In this document: piece after piece, positions 29,347 to 39,715 of the stretch
How the letters are laid out: the number at the start of each line of letters is the position of its first letter
Numbering within the stretch: the first letter of the stretch is position 1
Source of the DNA: an uncultured Actinomycetes bacterium
GTDB taxonomy: Bacteria; Actinomycetota; Actinomycetes; S36-B12; UBA10799
NCBI GenBank assembly: GCA_964556255.1
Contig: CAZKVQ010000009.1
Span: 582 to 64,581 of the forward strand
Direction: 5' to 3'
Length of the DNA: 64,000 nt
Made by a program: the position numbers and the translations under genes
The notes under the pieces: model-generated
The model's database searches: none
Told to the model about the DNA's origin: nothing
Seen by the model: only the letters and a program-made list of their open reading frames with translations

Positions 29347-30072
29347 ATGGTGGACCCCCTGTCCTGGCTCGACCTCGCGCTCCCGTCGTCGTGCGCCGGC
29401 TGCCAACAGCCGGCCACCCGTTTGTGTACCCGCTGCCGCAACAGCCTGGTCTCGGTGCGGGCGCGACTCGTACCGCCGCCACCTGGTCTGCCGCTGCTGG
29501 CCGTGGCAGGTGAGTACCGCGGGGTTCTCAGATCCGCGGTGCTGCGCCACAAGTCGACCCCCAGTGCCCCGCTGGCTGCGGCACTGGTCGAGGCCCTGCG
29601 GCGCTGCTGGTCGGCGCTGCGGTCAGTCCTCGTTGCCTTGCGACCGGACCTCGCGCTGGCTGGTGGCCGGGTGTCGGGCGGCGACACCCTCCGACCTGGC
29701 CCCGGCCCTCCCGTGCTCATGGTCCCCATCCCACCGAGCCGCAGGCTCTCCCACCGGCGGCCGGTAGCGGAACTGCTGCGCCAGTCAGGATGGTCCGCCG
29801 AAGGTGTCGCCCTTGCTGAAGCCCTCGCCCCGGTGGGTTTGCGTCGGCCGCAGAAGGAGTTGTCCGCGGCCGCCAGGCGGCGGAACATGACCGGCGCTCT
29901 GAGGTGTCGCCGGATACCCGCTGCCCTGGTCGGCTGGCCTGCGATCGTCGTGGACGATGTCGTCACCACTGGCGCTTCGATGCAGGCAGCAGCTGTGGAA
30001 CTTGGCCGCGGAGGTCTCGACGTCGTCGGCGCCGTGGCGCTGGGACATACCGCCGTCGGAGCGCAGGAGTGA
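29347..30072 (+). CDS. ComF family protein (phosphoribosyltransferase fold with N-terminal Cys4 zinc finger)
   Basis: CAGCQQPATRLCTRCRNSL followed by the PRTase loop IVVDDVVTTGASM. Start at ATG 29347 within the longer 28669 track ORF. It sits in the position upstream of hpf, as for Rv3242c. Confidence 0.8.
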   Translation: MVDPLSWLDLALPSSCAGCQQPATRLCTRCRNSLVSVRARLVPPPPGLPLLAVAGEYRGVLRSAVLRHKSTPSAPLAAALVEALRRCWSALRSVLVALRPDLALAGGRVSGGDTLRPGPGPPVLMVPIPPSRRLSHRRPVAELLRQSGWSAEGVALAEALAPVGLRRPQKELSAAARRRNMTGALRCRRIPAALVGWPAIVVDDVVTTGASMQAAAVELGRGGLDVVGAVALGHTAVGAQE

Positions 30073-30414
30073 AAGCCGCCGCGGACGAGTCATGACCCCG
30101 TAGCTCGCGATAGCGTGGGGGTATGGCATCCGCCCGGGTCCGTGGTTGCGCGGCGCGTCCATCGCGAAGGTGGCGCCCGCAAGCCGAAGCCAGTCGCAGG
30201 CGAAACGGTCCACGTAAGGCGACTCTTCGTCGCTCGAGCACGGTGCGGCTTAGAAGTAAGTCCTGCGAGGTCGGGGCCCGCACAGGCGGGCTCCGGTCGT
30301 TGAGGGGAACCATCCCCGACGCAGGCAGGTGTGGGGTCGAAGACCAGGTCGGCCGGGTGGATGCCTGTGGACCCGCGGAGTGTGCTGCGGGCTATTGCGG
30401 AAGGGAGAAGTGAC

Positions 30415-31095
30415 ATGGGGAATCCTGAAAGTGTCGTCGACACGGAGGTGGTCGTGCACGGCCGCCATGTGGATCTGTCATCCAGGTTCCGCGATCACGT
30501 TCTCGAGAAACTGCAACGCGTAGGAAAGTTCGGAGTCCCGGTCAGTCGGGTAGACGTCGAAGTCTCCAAGGAGAACAACCCTCGGTTGGCCGATCGGGCC
30601 TATGAAGTCGAACTCACCTGCCGGTCCCAGGGTCCGGTCATCAGGGCCGAGGCCTACGCCGGAGATCACTACTCCGCTTTCGATATCGCTTTCGGCCGGT
30701 TGGAGGAGCGACTGCGCCGCTACGCCGAGCGGCATCGACACCACCGGGGTGGCCGCCACTTCCACCGTGGCTCGTTGGGCCTCGAACCCGGAGGTGTCCC
30801 GGTCGACGAGCCCGGTGCCCTCAACGGGGAGGGTAGTGCCGACGCCGCCGATCCCTACGACGCCTCCGATTCGGACACGGTCTTCGAGAGTGGCCCGGTC
30901 GTCGTGCGCGAGAAGACCCACAACACGGCACCGATGACTGTCGAGCAGGCCGTGACCGAGATGGAACTGGTCGGACACGACTTCTTCCTCTTCCAGGACG
31001 CGGAGACGGGTCTGCACAGCGTCGTCTATCGGCGTCGAGGCTACGACTACGGCTTGATCCGCATCGATACCTCGGAGGCAGTCGTCCAAGGATGA
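30415..31095 (+). CDS. hpf: ribosome hibernation-promoting factor, long form
   Basis: N-terminal S30AE/RaiA domain (VVHGRHVDLSSRFRDHVLEKL...YSAFDIAFGRLEERLRR). C-terminal dimerisation domain (MTVEQAVTEMELVGHDFFLFQDAETGLHSVVYRRRGYDYGLI). RBS AAGGGAGAAG lies before ATG 30415. Confidence 0.9.
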   Translation: MGNPESVVDTEVVVHGRHVDLSSRFRDHVLEKLQRVGKFGVPVSRVDVEVSKENNPRLADRAYEVELTCRSQGPVIRAEAYAGDHYSAFDIAFGRLEERLRRYAERHRHHRGGRHFHRGSLGLEPGGVPVDEPGALNGEGSADAADPYDASDSDTVFESGPVVVREKTHNTAPMTVEQAVTEMELVGHDFFLFQDAETGLHSVVYRRRGYDYGLIRIDTSEAVVQG

Positions 31096-31781
31096 CCGCA
31101 TCGCCCACCAGGGTCTTCGTTTCCGACAGTCAGCCGCTGTTCGCCAACGGTGTGGCGACGGTTCTGCGGGGGACGGCCGAGTTCTGGGTGTCGGCGACGG
31201 AGACCCCGCCGTTGGAGTTGCTCGGCCATGACGCCAGCGACATCGTCGTCATCGGAATCGACGCGGATGTACACGGCGTGTGGGAGGTGTGCGACCACCT
31301 GCTCGAGGTGCTGGCGCCACCGCTGCCCCGAATCGTGCTCCTGCTGCCGGGCAGGTCGGAGTTCGAGATGACGGCGGCGGCCAGCCTCGGGGCCGCCGCC
31401 GTGCTACCGCGCAATGCCTCTGCGCAGGCCCTGACCGACGCCGTGCACGCGGTGGCGGAGGGTCGCACCCTGGTAGCCGCCGGGATGGCAGAACGCATGC
31501 TGGCCGAGTTTGCAGGGATGCTGCGTCGCAGTCGAGAGGCGGCCGAGATCGACCTGAGCCGACGCGAGAGGGAGGTTCTCACCCTAGTCGCCGAAGGCCA
31601 CTCCAACAGGGAGATCGCCAGCCGACTGCACATCAGTGAGAACACGGTGAAGAACCACGTCCGGCGCATCATGGAGAAGTTGGGTGCCTCGTCGCGTACC
31701 GAGGCGGTTGCCCTGGCCGCACGGGGTGGCCTGCTCGTGGTGGGTCAGAGCAGATCCATCCCGAGCGCACGCAGGCCGTAG
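31092..31781 (+). CDS. LuxR/NarL-family DNA-binding regulator with atypical receiver-like N-terminus
   Basis: C-terminal HTH LSRREREVLTLVAEGHSNREIASRLHISENTVKNHVRRIMEKLG. The N-terminal ~120 aa is receiver-shaped but has non-canonical acidic pocket residues. The ATG overlaps the hpf stop (ATGA). Confidence 0.85.
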   Translation: MTASPTRVFVSDSQPLFANGVATVLRGTAEFWVSATETPPLELLGHDASDIVVIGIDADVHGVWEVCDHLLEVLAPPLPRIVLLLPGRSEFEMTAAASLGAAAVLPRNASAQALTDAVHAVAEGRTLVAAGMAERMLAEFAGMLRRSREAAEIDLSRREREVLTLVAEGHSNREIASRLHISENTVKNHVRRIMEKLGASSRTEAVALAARGGLLVVGQSRSIPSARRP

Positions 31782-32638
31782 CGGGTGATCGCGTCGCGGG
31801 CCGCGACAGCGGCCTGACGGTCGGACTCGTCCCGCGGCGCGCTGAGAACCCAGCCCCGACCGCCGGGCTGTCCGAGCAGGGCCACCGCCGCTTGGGGTTC
31901 GGCAGTGGTGATCTCCTTGGCGATCCAGATCGCCTGGGTCGCATTGCAGGGCACGGGCAGCACCGTCTCGGCGAATCCGACTTCGGCGGCCTCGATCGGC
32001 TGCAACTGCCACATCCCGGCCGCGATCTCGACGTCCACCTCGGGACGAGAGAATGGCCCCACCAGCGGGCTCGCTGCGAAAATCGAGGCTGTCCAACAGT
32101 CACGGGGCTCGCCGCCGTGGGCGACGACTCCGCCGCTCAACCGTCCCTCGCCCACGAATCCAGCCGCCTGCGCTACCCGCAGCGAGGCCAGGTTGCCCAC
32201 GAGTGCCGTCCAGGTGATGTGGGTCAAGCCAAGCCGTTCGAATCCCCACCGGACCAACCCCCGCACGCTGGCGACCGCCAGCCCGCGGCCGCGGGCCCAC
32301 GGCGCAATCCAGAAGCCGATAGCCCCCCGGTGGAAGCCGTCGAGGTCGTGTAGGGAGACCATGCCCATCACATCGTCGGCCGCATCGGCGACCGTGAGGA
32401 TCACTGCGCTGCGGTCGTGCAATCGGGCCGGAACGACGCGCTGGACGTACTCCCTGGCGTGGGCAGGCGTGTACGGGGCCGGCACCTCCGTGTAGGTGGC
32501 GATGTCCGGGTCGGCGCAGGCCCGGGTGATCTCGGGCTCGTCCTTCGGCTCCGGAGTTCGCAACTGCAAATCGGCGCTCAGGTCGATCTTCACCGGTCGG
32601 TCGGGGAAGTCGTCGGGGCTCGTCTGCTGCGCCGTCAT
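31745..32638 (-). CDS. GNAT family N-acetyltransferase (RimJ/RimL-like) with extra C-terminal domain
   Basis: From ATG 32638: [55 protein letters not shown] is the acetyl-CoA binding motif A region. The upstream part of the 401-aa track ORF is low-complexity Ser-rich sequence. Confidence 0.75.
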   Translation of the reverse strand: MTAQQTSPDDFPDRPVKIDLSADLQLRTPEPKDEPEITRACADPDIATYTEVPAPYTPAHAREYVQRVVPARLHDRSAVILTVADAADDVMGMVSLHDLDGFHRGAIGFWIAPWARGRGLAVASVRGLVRWGFERLGLTHITWTALVGNLASLRVAQAAGFVGEGRLSGGVVAHGGEPRDCWTASIFAASPLVGPFSRPEVDVEIAAGMWQLQPIEAAEVGFAETVLPVPCNATQAIWIAKEITTAEPQAAVALLGQPGGRGWVLSAPRDESDRQAAVAARDAITRYGLRALGMDLL

Positions 32639-32720
32639 TGGCCCATCACACCACGGGCAGGTTTCCCACAAGGTACTCACGCCCTCGGCATCGCTACCCG
32701 GCATGCGTACGATGCTCCTC

Positions 32721-35642
32721 GTGGGACTATTCGACAAGGTACTCAGGGCCGGTGAGGGCAAGACCCTCCGCAAGCTGGAGAAGATGGCCACGGTGGTCAA
32801 CGCCCTCGAGGAAGACTTCATCGACCTGACAGACGCTGAACTACGGGCCAAGACGGACGAGTTCAAGGAGCGGCTCGAGTCCGGTGAGGACACCCTCGAC
32901 ACTCTGCTTCCCGAGGCCTTCGCCGCTGTCAGAGAAGCCTCCAAACGCACGCTGGGACAGCGCCACTACGACGTCCAGATCATGGGTGGTGCCGCGCTGC
33001 ATCTGGGCAACATCGCCGAAATGAAGACCGGTGAAGGTAAGACCCTCGTCGCCACCCTGCCCAGCTACCTCAACGCCCTCAACGGGCAGGGCGTGCACGT
33101 CGTCACGGTGAACGACTACCTGGCCGAGCGGGACTCACAGTGGATGGGCAGGGTGCATCACTTCCTGGGTCTGGAAGTGTCCTGCATCCTGGCGCAGATG
33201 AGTCCGGCCGAACGTCGAGTCGCGTACGCAGCCGACATCACCTATGGCACCAACAACGAGTTCGGGTTCGACTACCTACGCGACAACATGGCGTGGTCGC
33301 TGGACGAGTTGGTCCAGCGCGGCCACAGTTTCGCCATCGTCGACGAGGTGGACTCGATTCTCATCGACGAGGCCCGGACCCCGCTGATCATTTCCGGGCC
33401 GGCAGATCATGAGCCGAAGTGGTACGCCGACTTCGCGCGCCTGGTCGATCGGCTGGAGCGTGACACGGACTACGAGGTCGATGAGAAGAAGCGAACGGTC
33501 GGAATCACCGAGGAGGGGGTGGAGTCCACCGAGGATTGGCTCGGCATGGACAACCTCTACGAGGCGGAGAACACCCCGCTGGTGGGCTTCCTCAATAACG
33601 CGATCAAGGCCAAGGAACTGTTCAAGCTCGATCGGGACTACGTCGTTCTCGATGGCGAGGTCGTCATCGTCGATGAGCACACGGGACGCATCCTTCCCGG
33701 TCGCCGCTACAACGAGGGCCTGCACCAGGCGCTGGAGGCCAAGGAGGGTGTCGAGATCCAGACGCTGGCCACCATCACGCTGCAGAACTACTTCCGGATG
33801 TACGACAAGCTCGCGGGCATGACCGGCACCGCCATGACCGAGGCGGCGGAGTTCAACCAGACCTACAACCTCGGTGTGGTACCGATCCCGAGCAACAAGA
33901 AGAACCAGCGCAAGGACGCCTCCGACCTGGTGTACCGCACCGAGGACGCGAAGTTCAACGCGGTCGTCGAGGACATCGTCGAGCGGAACGAGATCGGCCA
34001 GCCCGTGCTGGTGGGCACAGTCAGCGTGGAGAAGAGTGAGAAGCTGTCGAAGGCCCTGCGCAGGGCCGGGGTTTCCCACCAGGTCCTCAATGCGAAGTTC
34101 CACGAGCAGGAGGCCGCGATCGTGGCCGAGGCGGGCCGCAAGGGTGCCGTCACGGTCGCCACGAACATGGCAGGTCGAGGCACCGACATCATGCTGGGCG
34201 GCAACCCCGAGCACCGCGCCGCTGCGGAGTTGGCGGCCCAAGGCCTCAATCCCGCGGAGAATCCGGAAGAGTACGAGGCCCGTTGGCCGGACACCCTGAA
34301 GGCGGCAACCGAGTCGGTCCAGACCGAGCATGAAGAGGTCACCGACATCGGAGGACTCTACGTACTGGGCACCGAACGGCATGAGTCGAGACGTATCGAC
34401 AATCAGCTCCGAGGCCGTGCTGCCCGCCAGGGGGATCCGGGCGAGACCCGGTTCTACCTGTCATTGGAGGATGAACTCATGCGCCGCTTCAATGCGGCCA
34501 TGGTCGACTCGTTCCTAACCCGATTCAACGTGCCCGACGATGTGCCGATCGAGGCGAAGATGGTCACCCGGGCGATCGCCAGTGCGCAGGCGCAGGTGGA
34601 GAGCCAGAACCTCGAAATCCGCAAGAACGTGCTCAAGTACGACGAGGTGATGGACCGTCAGCGGAAGGTCATCTACTCGGAACGACGGGCCGTGCTCGAC
34701 GGGGAGGACTTATCGGATCAGGTCCGCAGGTTCATCGACAACGTGGTGGAGTTGCACGTCCGCGCAGCCACCGCGGAGGGTTACCCGGAGGAATGGGACC
34801 TCGACGAGTTGCTGGCGTCCCTCGGGGAGGTCTACCCGGTCGGCCTCACAGTGGACGACCTCGAGAGCAGGTCCGGAGGCGGCCGACATGGCATGAGCAC
34901 CGACTTCCTCATCGAGGAGCTGCAGGAAGATGCCCAGCTGGCATACGACCGCCGCGAGGAGGAGCTCGGCGACGAGGTCACCCGGGAGTTGGAGCGTCGG
35001 GTCATCATGAGTGTGCTGGACCGCCGCTGGCGTGAGCACCTCTACGAAATGGACTACCTCAAGGAGGGCATCGGGCTGCGCGCGATGGCGCAGAAGGACC
35101 CGCTCGTGGAATACCAGCGTGAGGGTTACGACCTGTTCCAGGCGATGATGGCCGCTATCGGTGAGGAGTCGGTGGGCTACCTCTACAGCGTCCAGCCCCA
35201 GGCGCCCGAGGCGCCGGCGGAGATCGAGGATGCCGAGCAATTCGGGATCTCCGGTGTCGCGTCAGCCGAGATCGCGGCAGCGCTTGCCGAGGCATCGGGT
35301 CAGACCCAAAGCGGCGCTCTCGACCTCGACGCCCTGTCGAAGGTCGACGCCGAAGAGGAAGTTGCGGCTGTGGAGGCCGAACTGGCCGCATCTCAGCAGG
35401 TACCGGCGGAGGAGGATATCGACATTCTCCTGCCGGAGGGTCTGGGGGCTCCGCGCCGGCCGGGCACCTTGCAATACTCCGCCCCGACCGCTGAGGGCGA
35501 CATTGAGGTGCAGTCGCAGACCGTGACGGACACTGACGACCCACTCTCCGACGATCCCTACCGCGGCACAGCGCGCAACGCTCAGTGCCCCTGCGGATCC
35601 GGGAAGAAGTACAAGCGCTGCCACGGCGCTGATCCGAAGTAG
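32721..35642 (+). CDS. secA: preprotein translocase ATPase SecA
   Basis: [18 protein letters not shown]..., Walker [38 protein letters not shown], and the C-terminal Zn motif [17 protein letters not shown] 32721 was chosen by alignment to the usual SecA N-terminus. ATG 32703 and 32712 are alternatives. Confidence 0.95.
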   Translation: MGLFDKVLRAGEGKTLRKLEKMATVVNALEEDFIDLTDAELRAKTDEFKERLESGEDTLDTLLPEAFAAVREASKRTLGQRHYDVQIMGGAALHLGNIAEMKTGEGKTLVATLPSYLNALNGQGVHVVTVNDYLAERDSQWMGRVHHFLGLEVSCILAQMSPAERRVAYAADITYGTNNEFGFDYLRDNMAWSLDELVQRGHSFAIVDEVDSILIDEARTPLIISGPADHEPKWYADFARLVDRLERDTDYEVDEKKRTVGITEEGVESTEDWLGMDNLYEAENTPLVGFLNNAIKAKELFKLDRDYVVLDGEVVIVDEHTGRILPGRRYNEGLHQALEAKEGVEIQTLATITLQNYFRMYDKLAGMTGTAMTEAAEFNQTYNLGVVPIPSNKKNQRKDASDLVYRTEDAKFNAVVEDIVERNEIGQPVLVGTVSVEKSEKLSKALRRAGVSHQVLNAKFHEQEAAIVAEAGRKGAVTVATNMAGRGTDIMLGGNPEHRAAAELAAQGLNPAENPEEYEARWPDTLKAATESVQTEHEEVTDIGGLYVLGTERHESRRIDNQLRGRAARQGDPGETRFYLSLEDELMRRFNAAMVDSFLTRFNVPDDVPIEAKMVTRAIASAQAQVESQNLEIRKNVLKYDEVMDRQRKVIYSERRAVLDGEDLSDQVRRFIDNVVELHVRAATAEGYPEEWDLDELLASLGEVYPVGLTVDDLESRSGGGRHGMSTDFLIEELQEDAQLAYDRREEELGDEVTRELERRVIMSVLDRRWREHLYEMDYLKEGIGLRAMAQKDPLVEYQREGYDLFQAMMAAIGEESVGYLYSVQPQAPEAPAEIEDAEQFGISGVASAEIAAALAEASGQTQSGALDLDALSKVDAEEEVAAVEAELAASQQVPAEEDIDILLPEGLGAPRRPGTLQYSAPTAEGDIEVQSQTVTDTDDPLSDDPYRGTARNAQCPCGSGKKYKRCHGADPK

Positions 35643-35664
35643 CAGACGGGCGCGCGGACGGTCG

Positions 35665-36102
35665 TCAGGCGGAGTGAAGGGCCGTGCAGCGCCACCGCCC
35701 GTCGAGGCCTTCAAGTCGGATCGCCAACGCTCGCCCGCGGCGCGCGTTGCGCACCACTGCGCTGGCCTCCACCACGCCATCGGCGGGCAGCGTGATGCGC
35801 ACCGACATCACCCGATGGCGGTGCCATCCGCGTCGGTCCGAGGCGCTCGCCTCCGCGGCGTGCGCGGCGAGGTGAAGCAGTTGGGCCTGCACGTCGCCGG
35901 TGGTCCAGCTGGCTAACTGCCGTGCGGGACGCTGCGCGGCCATCACATCCACCAGCGCCTGAACCAACCGCGGCACCACGACGTGCGGGTCCGGTAGCGA
36001 CTCGGTGCCCGTGGGCTGGCGGGCGAAGAGGTCTTCAGGCGCCTCCAACATGCTGAGTGCACCTCTGACAGCCGCACCGGTTGCGGCCAGCGAAGTCGAC
36101 AT
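35665..36102 (-). CDS. Rv3235 family protein (unknown function)
   Basis: 145 aa. ...VVPRLVQALVDVMAAQRPARQLASWTTGDVQAQL...ASAVVRNARRGRALAIRLEGLDGRWRCTAL matches the pattern and the position next to secA, as in mycobacteria. Confidence 0.75.
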   Translation of the reverse strand: MSTSLAATGAAVRGALSMLEAPEDLFARQPTGTESLPDPHVVVPRLVQALVDVMAAQRPARQLASWTTGDVQAQLLHLAAHAAEASASDRRGWHRHRVMSVRITLPADGVVEASAVVRNARRGRALAIRLEGLDGRWRCTALHSA

Positions 36103-36324
36103 GTGAATCCCCCGTTTCGTCGACGTTTGCGTCTCTGCTAGTTAGCCTCAGATTCCTAGGCCCTACAACCCTGTGCCGGTGCGGTTGTGGACAAGGGAAT
36201 GTAAGAAGGGGCGGTCGTGGTACACCGGTTGTTAGGCGGCTCACAGGACCGCCCAGGTGTCGTCGTCCATATCGCACGGTCACCCGGTTCCCGTTGATCC
36301 GCAACGGGTTGGCACACTGAGGTC

Positions 36325-36990
36325 ATGCCCGACACAGAGGAGAGCGGCGTCCGGGCGCTGATCGTTGACTGGGGTGGGGTCCTGACCAACGATCTGTCCA
36401 CTGTCATGGATACCTGGACCCTGGGAGAGGACTTCGAGGCGCACCACTTCGCCGAGGTCATCTCCACGTGGTTCGGGCGGGACGCCGGCGTCGAGGCGGA
36501 GATCAATCCGATCCAAGTGCTGGAGCGCGGCGAGATGACCGTCCCGGACTTCGAATCGAAGCTCGCCGAGGAACTGAGTCGCACCACCGGGCGTGATGTC
36601 TCCGCCGCGGGCCTGCTGGATCGACTGTTCGGTCACTTCGAGCACGCACCTGACATGACCGCGCTGGTACGTCGGGCCCATGAGCAGGGAATCCGAACGG
36701 GCCTGCTGTCGAACTCGTGGGGCGACCATTACCCGGAACACCTCTTCGACGGGATGTTCGACGCTGTCGTGATCTCCGGTCGGGTCGGGATGCGTAAGCC
36801 GGAGCCACGGATCTTCCAGTACACGCTGGACCTGTTGCAAGTCACGGCTGCGGAGTCGGTTTTCGTCGACGATCTGGCGCACAACATTGCCGCTGCTCGC
36901 GAGCTGGGCTTCGTCGCTGTACATCACCGCGACTACCAGAGCACGCAGCTGGAACTCAGTGCCATCTTCGGACGTGATTTGGGTGGCTAA
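36325..36990 (+). CDS. HAD family hydrolase
   Basis: LIVDWGGVLT (a variant of motif I DxDxT, with W in place of the second Asp), LLSNSW (motif II) and VFVDDLAHNI (motif IV). Confidence 0.8.
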   Translation: MPDTEESGVRALIVDWGGVLTNDLSTVMDTWTLGEDFEAHHFAEVISTWFGRDAGVEAEINPIQVLERGEMTVPDFESKLAEELSRTTGRDVSAAGLLDRLFGHFEHAPDMTALVRRAHEQGIRTGLLSNSWGDHYPEHLFDGMFDAVVISGRVGMRKPEPRIFQYTLDLLQVTAAESVFVDDLAHNIAAARELGFVAVHHRDYQSTQLELSAIFGRDLGG

Positions 36991-37078
36991 CGGGGGGTGC
37001 TGGTCCGCGTCGGCTGACCGGTCCCGCATCACCCGGCTGTTGCCGTGTCAAGATGTTGTCTCCAGCGAAGGAGTGGCC

Positions 37079-38503
37079 ATGATCGACCGACTGAGTCCGG
37101 TGGACGCGTCCTCGTTCTATCTCGATGATCCCAGCGCGCCGATGCACGTGGGCGGGGTCACGATCTTCCGAGAGTCAGCTGCGGGTTTCGACTACGACCG
37201 GCTCGTCAAACTGATCTCCGAGCGCATCGCTTTGGCCCCACGCTACCGGCAACGCGTGAAGCCGGTGCCGGGAAACCTGGCCAGTCCGGTGTGGGTGGAC
37301 GACCATAAGTTCGATGTGACGTATCACGTTCGCAGATCGGCTCTGCCGCGGCCGGGCACCGACGCGCAACTGCAGGAGCTGACGGCGCGGATCATGGCTC
37401 GCCCGCTGGACAAGTCCCGACCCCTATGGGAGATGTACCTCGTGGAGGGACTGAAAGGGCACCGGTTCGCGATTCTGACGAAGTCCCACCATGCCATCGT
37501 CGACGGCATCATGAGTGTCGATATCGGTCAGGTCATCCTCGATGATGCCCCGACAGCCGACCTCGAAGGTACCCAGATCTGGCGGCCGTCACGGGAACCC
37601 AGCCAGCTGTCGTTGCTGGTGAATGCCGCCGGCGACCAGATCCGAAGCCCGGCGGTGGCAGTGTCCTCTGTCCGCAGGGGCATCGCGGATGTGACCTCAG
37701 CGGTGACCTCGGTCGGGAGGCAGACTCTGGGGCTGGTCTCGGCCGCGGTCAGCGTGGCGCGATCGCCAGCAGCCGGACCGACCAACTTCGAAATCTCCGA
37801 GCAACGAAGGTTTGCGATGGCGAACCTGAAACTGTCGGACTTCAAAGCGGTGCGGGCGGCACACGGGGGCACCATCAACGACGTGATCCTGGCCGTGGTG
37901 GCGGGCGGCCTGCGGGCCTGGCTGCTGAGCCGTGGTGAGCGGGTGAACGCCCGCAGTGAACTCACCGCGCTGGTTCCGGTGAGCGTGGAACCGTCACTGG
38001 ACGCTCCTGAGGCCGGCGACGTGCAACCTTTCCTGGTCCATCTGCCCATCGGCGAGGCCGACCCGGTGGTCCGGCTGAGCAGGGTCAGTTTCGAGATGAG
38101 TCAGCACCGTGAGAGCAGCCGCCTCGTCGGTGCCGATGCGCTGGCGACGATCGCCGGCTTCGCTCCGCCAACCCTGCACGCGCTCGGTGCGCGGGTGGGG
38201 GCGGACATCACCCAGCGGGTCTACAACCTGGTGGTCACCAACGTGCCGGGGCCGCAGACGCCCCTGTACGTCGGGGGAGCCGAGATGGTTGCCGCGTATC
38301 CCGTGGTCGCCCTGACCAAGGGCCACGGCCTCAGCATCGGCCTGACGTCGTACAACGGCGGGGTGTTCTTCGGGATCAACGCCGACCGGGACGGCATCCC
38401 TGACGTCGACGAACTCGCCGATTGCATCAAGGATGCGTTGGCCGAGTTGAAGGACACCGCCAAGACCCGTCGGCGGGCTCGGCAGGGACGATCGAAGTCC
38501 TGA
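37079..38503 (+). CDS. wax ester synthase/diacylglycerol acyltransferase (WS/DGAT)
   Basis: MIDRLSPVDASSFYLDDPSAPMHVGG..., catalytic HHAIVDG motif and NVPGP motif. RBS GAAGGAG lies before ATG 37079. Confidence 0.9.
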   Translation: MIDRLSPVDASSFYLDDPSAPMHVGGVTIFRESAAGFDYDRLVKLISERIALAPRYRQRVKPVPGNLASPVWVDDHKFDVTYHVRRSALPRPGTDAQLQELTARIMARPLDKSRPLWEMYLVEGLKGHRFAILTKSHHAIVDGIMSVDIGQVILDDAPTADLEGTQIWRPSREPSQLSLLVNAAGDQIRSPAVAVSSVRRGIADVTSAVTSVGRQTLGLVSAAVSVARSPAAGPTNFEISEQRRFAMANLKLSDFKAVRAAHGGTINDVILAVVAGGLRAWLLSRGERVNARSELTALVPVSVEPSLDAPEAGDVQPFLVHLPIGEADPVVRLSRVSFEMSQHRESSRLVGADALATIAGFAPPTLHALGARVGADITQRVYNLVVTNVPGPQTPLYVGGAEMVAAYPVVALTKGHGLSIGLTSYNGGVFFGINADRDGIPDVDELADCIKDALAELKDTAKTRRRARQGRSKS

Positions 38504-38658
38504 GGTTCTGCGGTTTCCTTCGAATTCCCCGGTTCGGCGACTGAATCAGTTGCGCGAGGATCACTAGACGCCCAGCAACGGCGTATCGTCGCCCGATTGC
38601 CGCGACCCGACCCGTTCCCGGGGCCTATGGTGAGCGTGGACGTAACTGTGGGATTGAG

Positions 38659-39666
38659 GTGAATCGCCGGATGGCCGCTCGACGACAGCCCAAACGCGGA
38701 CTCGTGTTGGGCGGCGGCGGGATCCTCGGTGCGGCCTGGATGGTCGGGGCGCTGTGCGCCTTGGAGGAGGTCCACGGATTCAATCCCTGCAAGGCAGACG
38801 TCATCGTCGGCACGTCCGCGGGTTCGGTCATCACGGCCCTGCTGGGTGCGGGCGTCACGCCGACCCAGTTGCGCGATCATCAGCGTGGCCATCCCATCAC
38901 CAAGGGGCCGCTGGCGGGCTTCTCATGGGACTACGAACGGGCCACCGGCGACAGTCGACCCCAGATGCCGAAGCTCGTGCCCGCCTCGCCACGTCGAATC
39001 CTCAGCTCCAGCGCCCGCCGTCTGCGCAACCTGCCACCCACCGCGGTGCTAGCCGGCTTCCTTCCCCAGGGCCGTGGCTCGCTCGAACGTGTCGGCCATC
39101 TTGTCGAAGCGATCACTCCGATGGACGAGTGGTCGCCGCACCCCAACGTCTGGGTTGTCGCCATGGATCTCGACGACGGCAAGCGGGTTGCGTTCGGACG
39201 TCCCGGTGCGCCCACCGCCTCGCTGGCGCAGGCCGTGATGGCCTCGTGCGCGATCCCGTCGTGGTTCCGTCCGGTGGAGATCGGCGGCCACAAGTACGTC
39301 GACGGTGGCGCCTGTTCGGCGACCTCCGTCGACCTAGTGGCAGAGATGGGCCTCGACGAGGTGTATGTGTTGGCGCCGATGGTGTCGTTCGCGATGGACA
39401 AACCGGACTCGGTGCTGGCTCGGATGGAACGTCGGTGGCGGGTTCAGGTGACCAAACGTTGCCTGCACGAGACGGACAAGGTGCGGGCCAACGGGGCCGC
39501 GGTCGTCGCCCTCGGACCCGGCCCGGAGGACCTTGAGACGATGGGCCCCAACCTGATGGATGTCTCGCGCCGGCTACCCGTGCTGGAGACATCGATGCGG
39601 ACAAGCGTGGAGGCGTTGCGCGACCCGGACCGGGTGGGTCCGGACCATCTGGCCAACGTCGGCTGA
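38659..39666 (+). CDS. patatin-like phospholipase family protein
   Basis: GLVLGGGGILGAAW (oxyanion GGG), GTSAGS (GxSxG nucleophile) and the DGG catalytic Asp motif (YVDGGACS). The start could be GTG 38659 or ATG 38671. Confidence 0.85.
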   Translation: MNRRMAARRQPKRGLVLGGGGILGAAWMVGALCALEEVHGFNPCKADVIVGTSAGSVITALLGAGVTPTQLRDHQRGHPITKGPLAGFSWDYERATGDSRPQMPKLVPASPRRILSSSARRLRNLPPTAVLAGFLPQGRGSLERVGHLVEAITPMDEWSPHPNVWVVAMDLDDGKRVAFGRPGAPTASLAQAVMASCAIPSWFRPVEIGGHKYVDGGACSATSVDLVAEMGLDEVYVLAPMVSFAMDKPDSVLARMERRWRVQVTKRCLHETDKVRANGAAVVALGPGPEDLETMGPNLMDVSRRLPVLETSMRTSVEALRDPDRVGPDHLANVG

Positions 39667-39715
39667 CTACCGGACGCTGGTTGGCGCTCTGCGTTGGCGG
39701 TGCCGCAGTGCCAGG

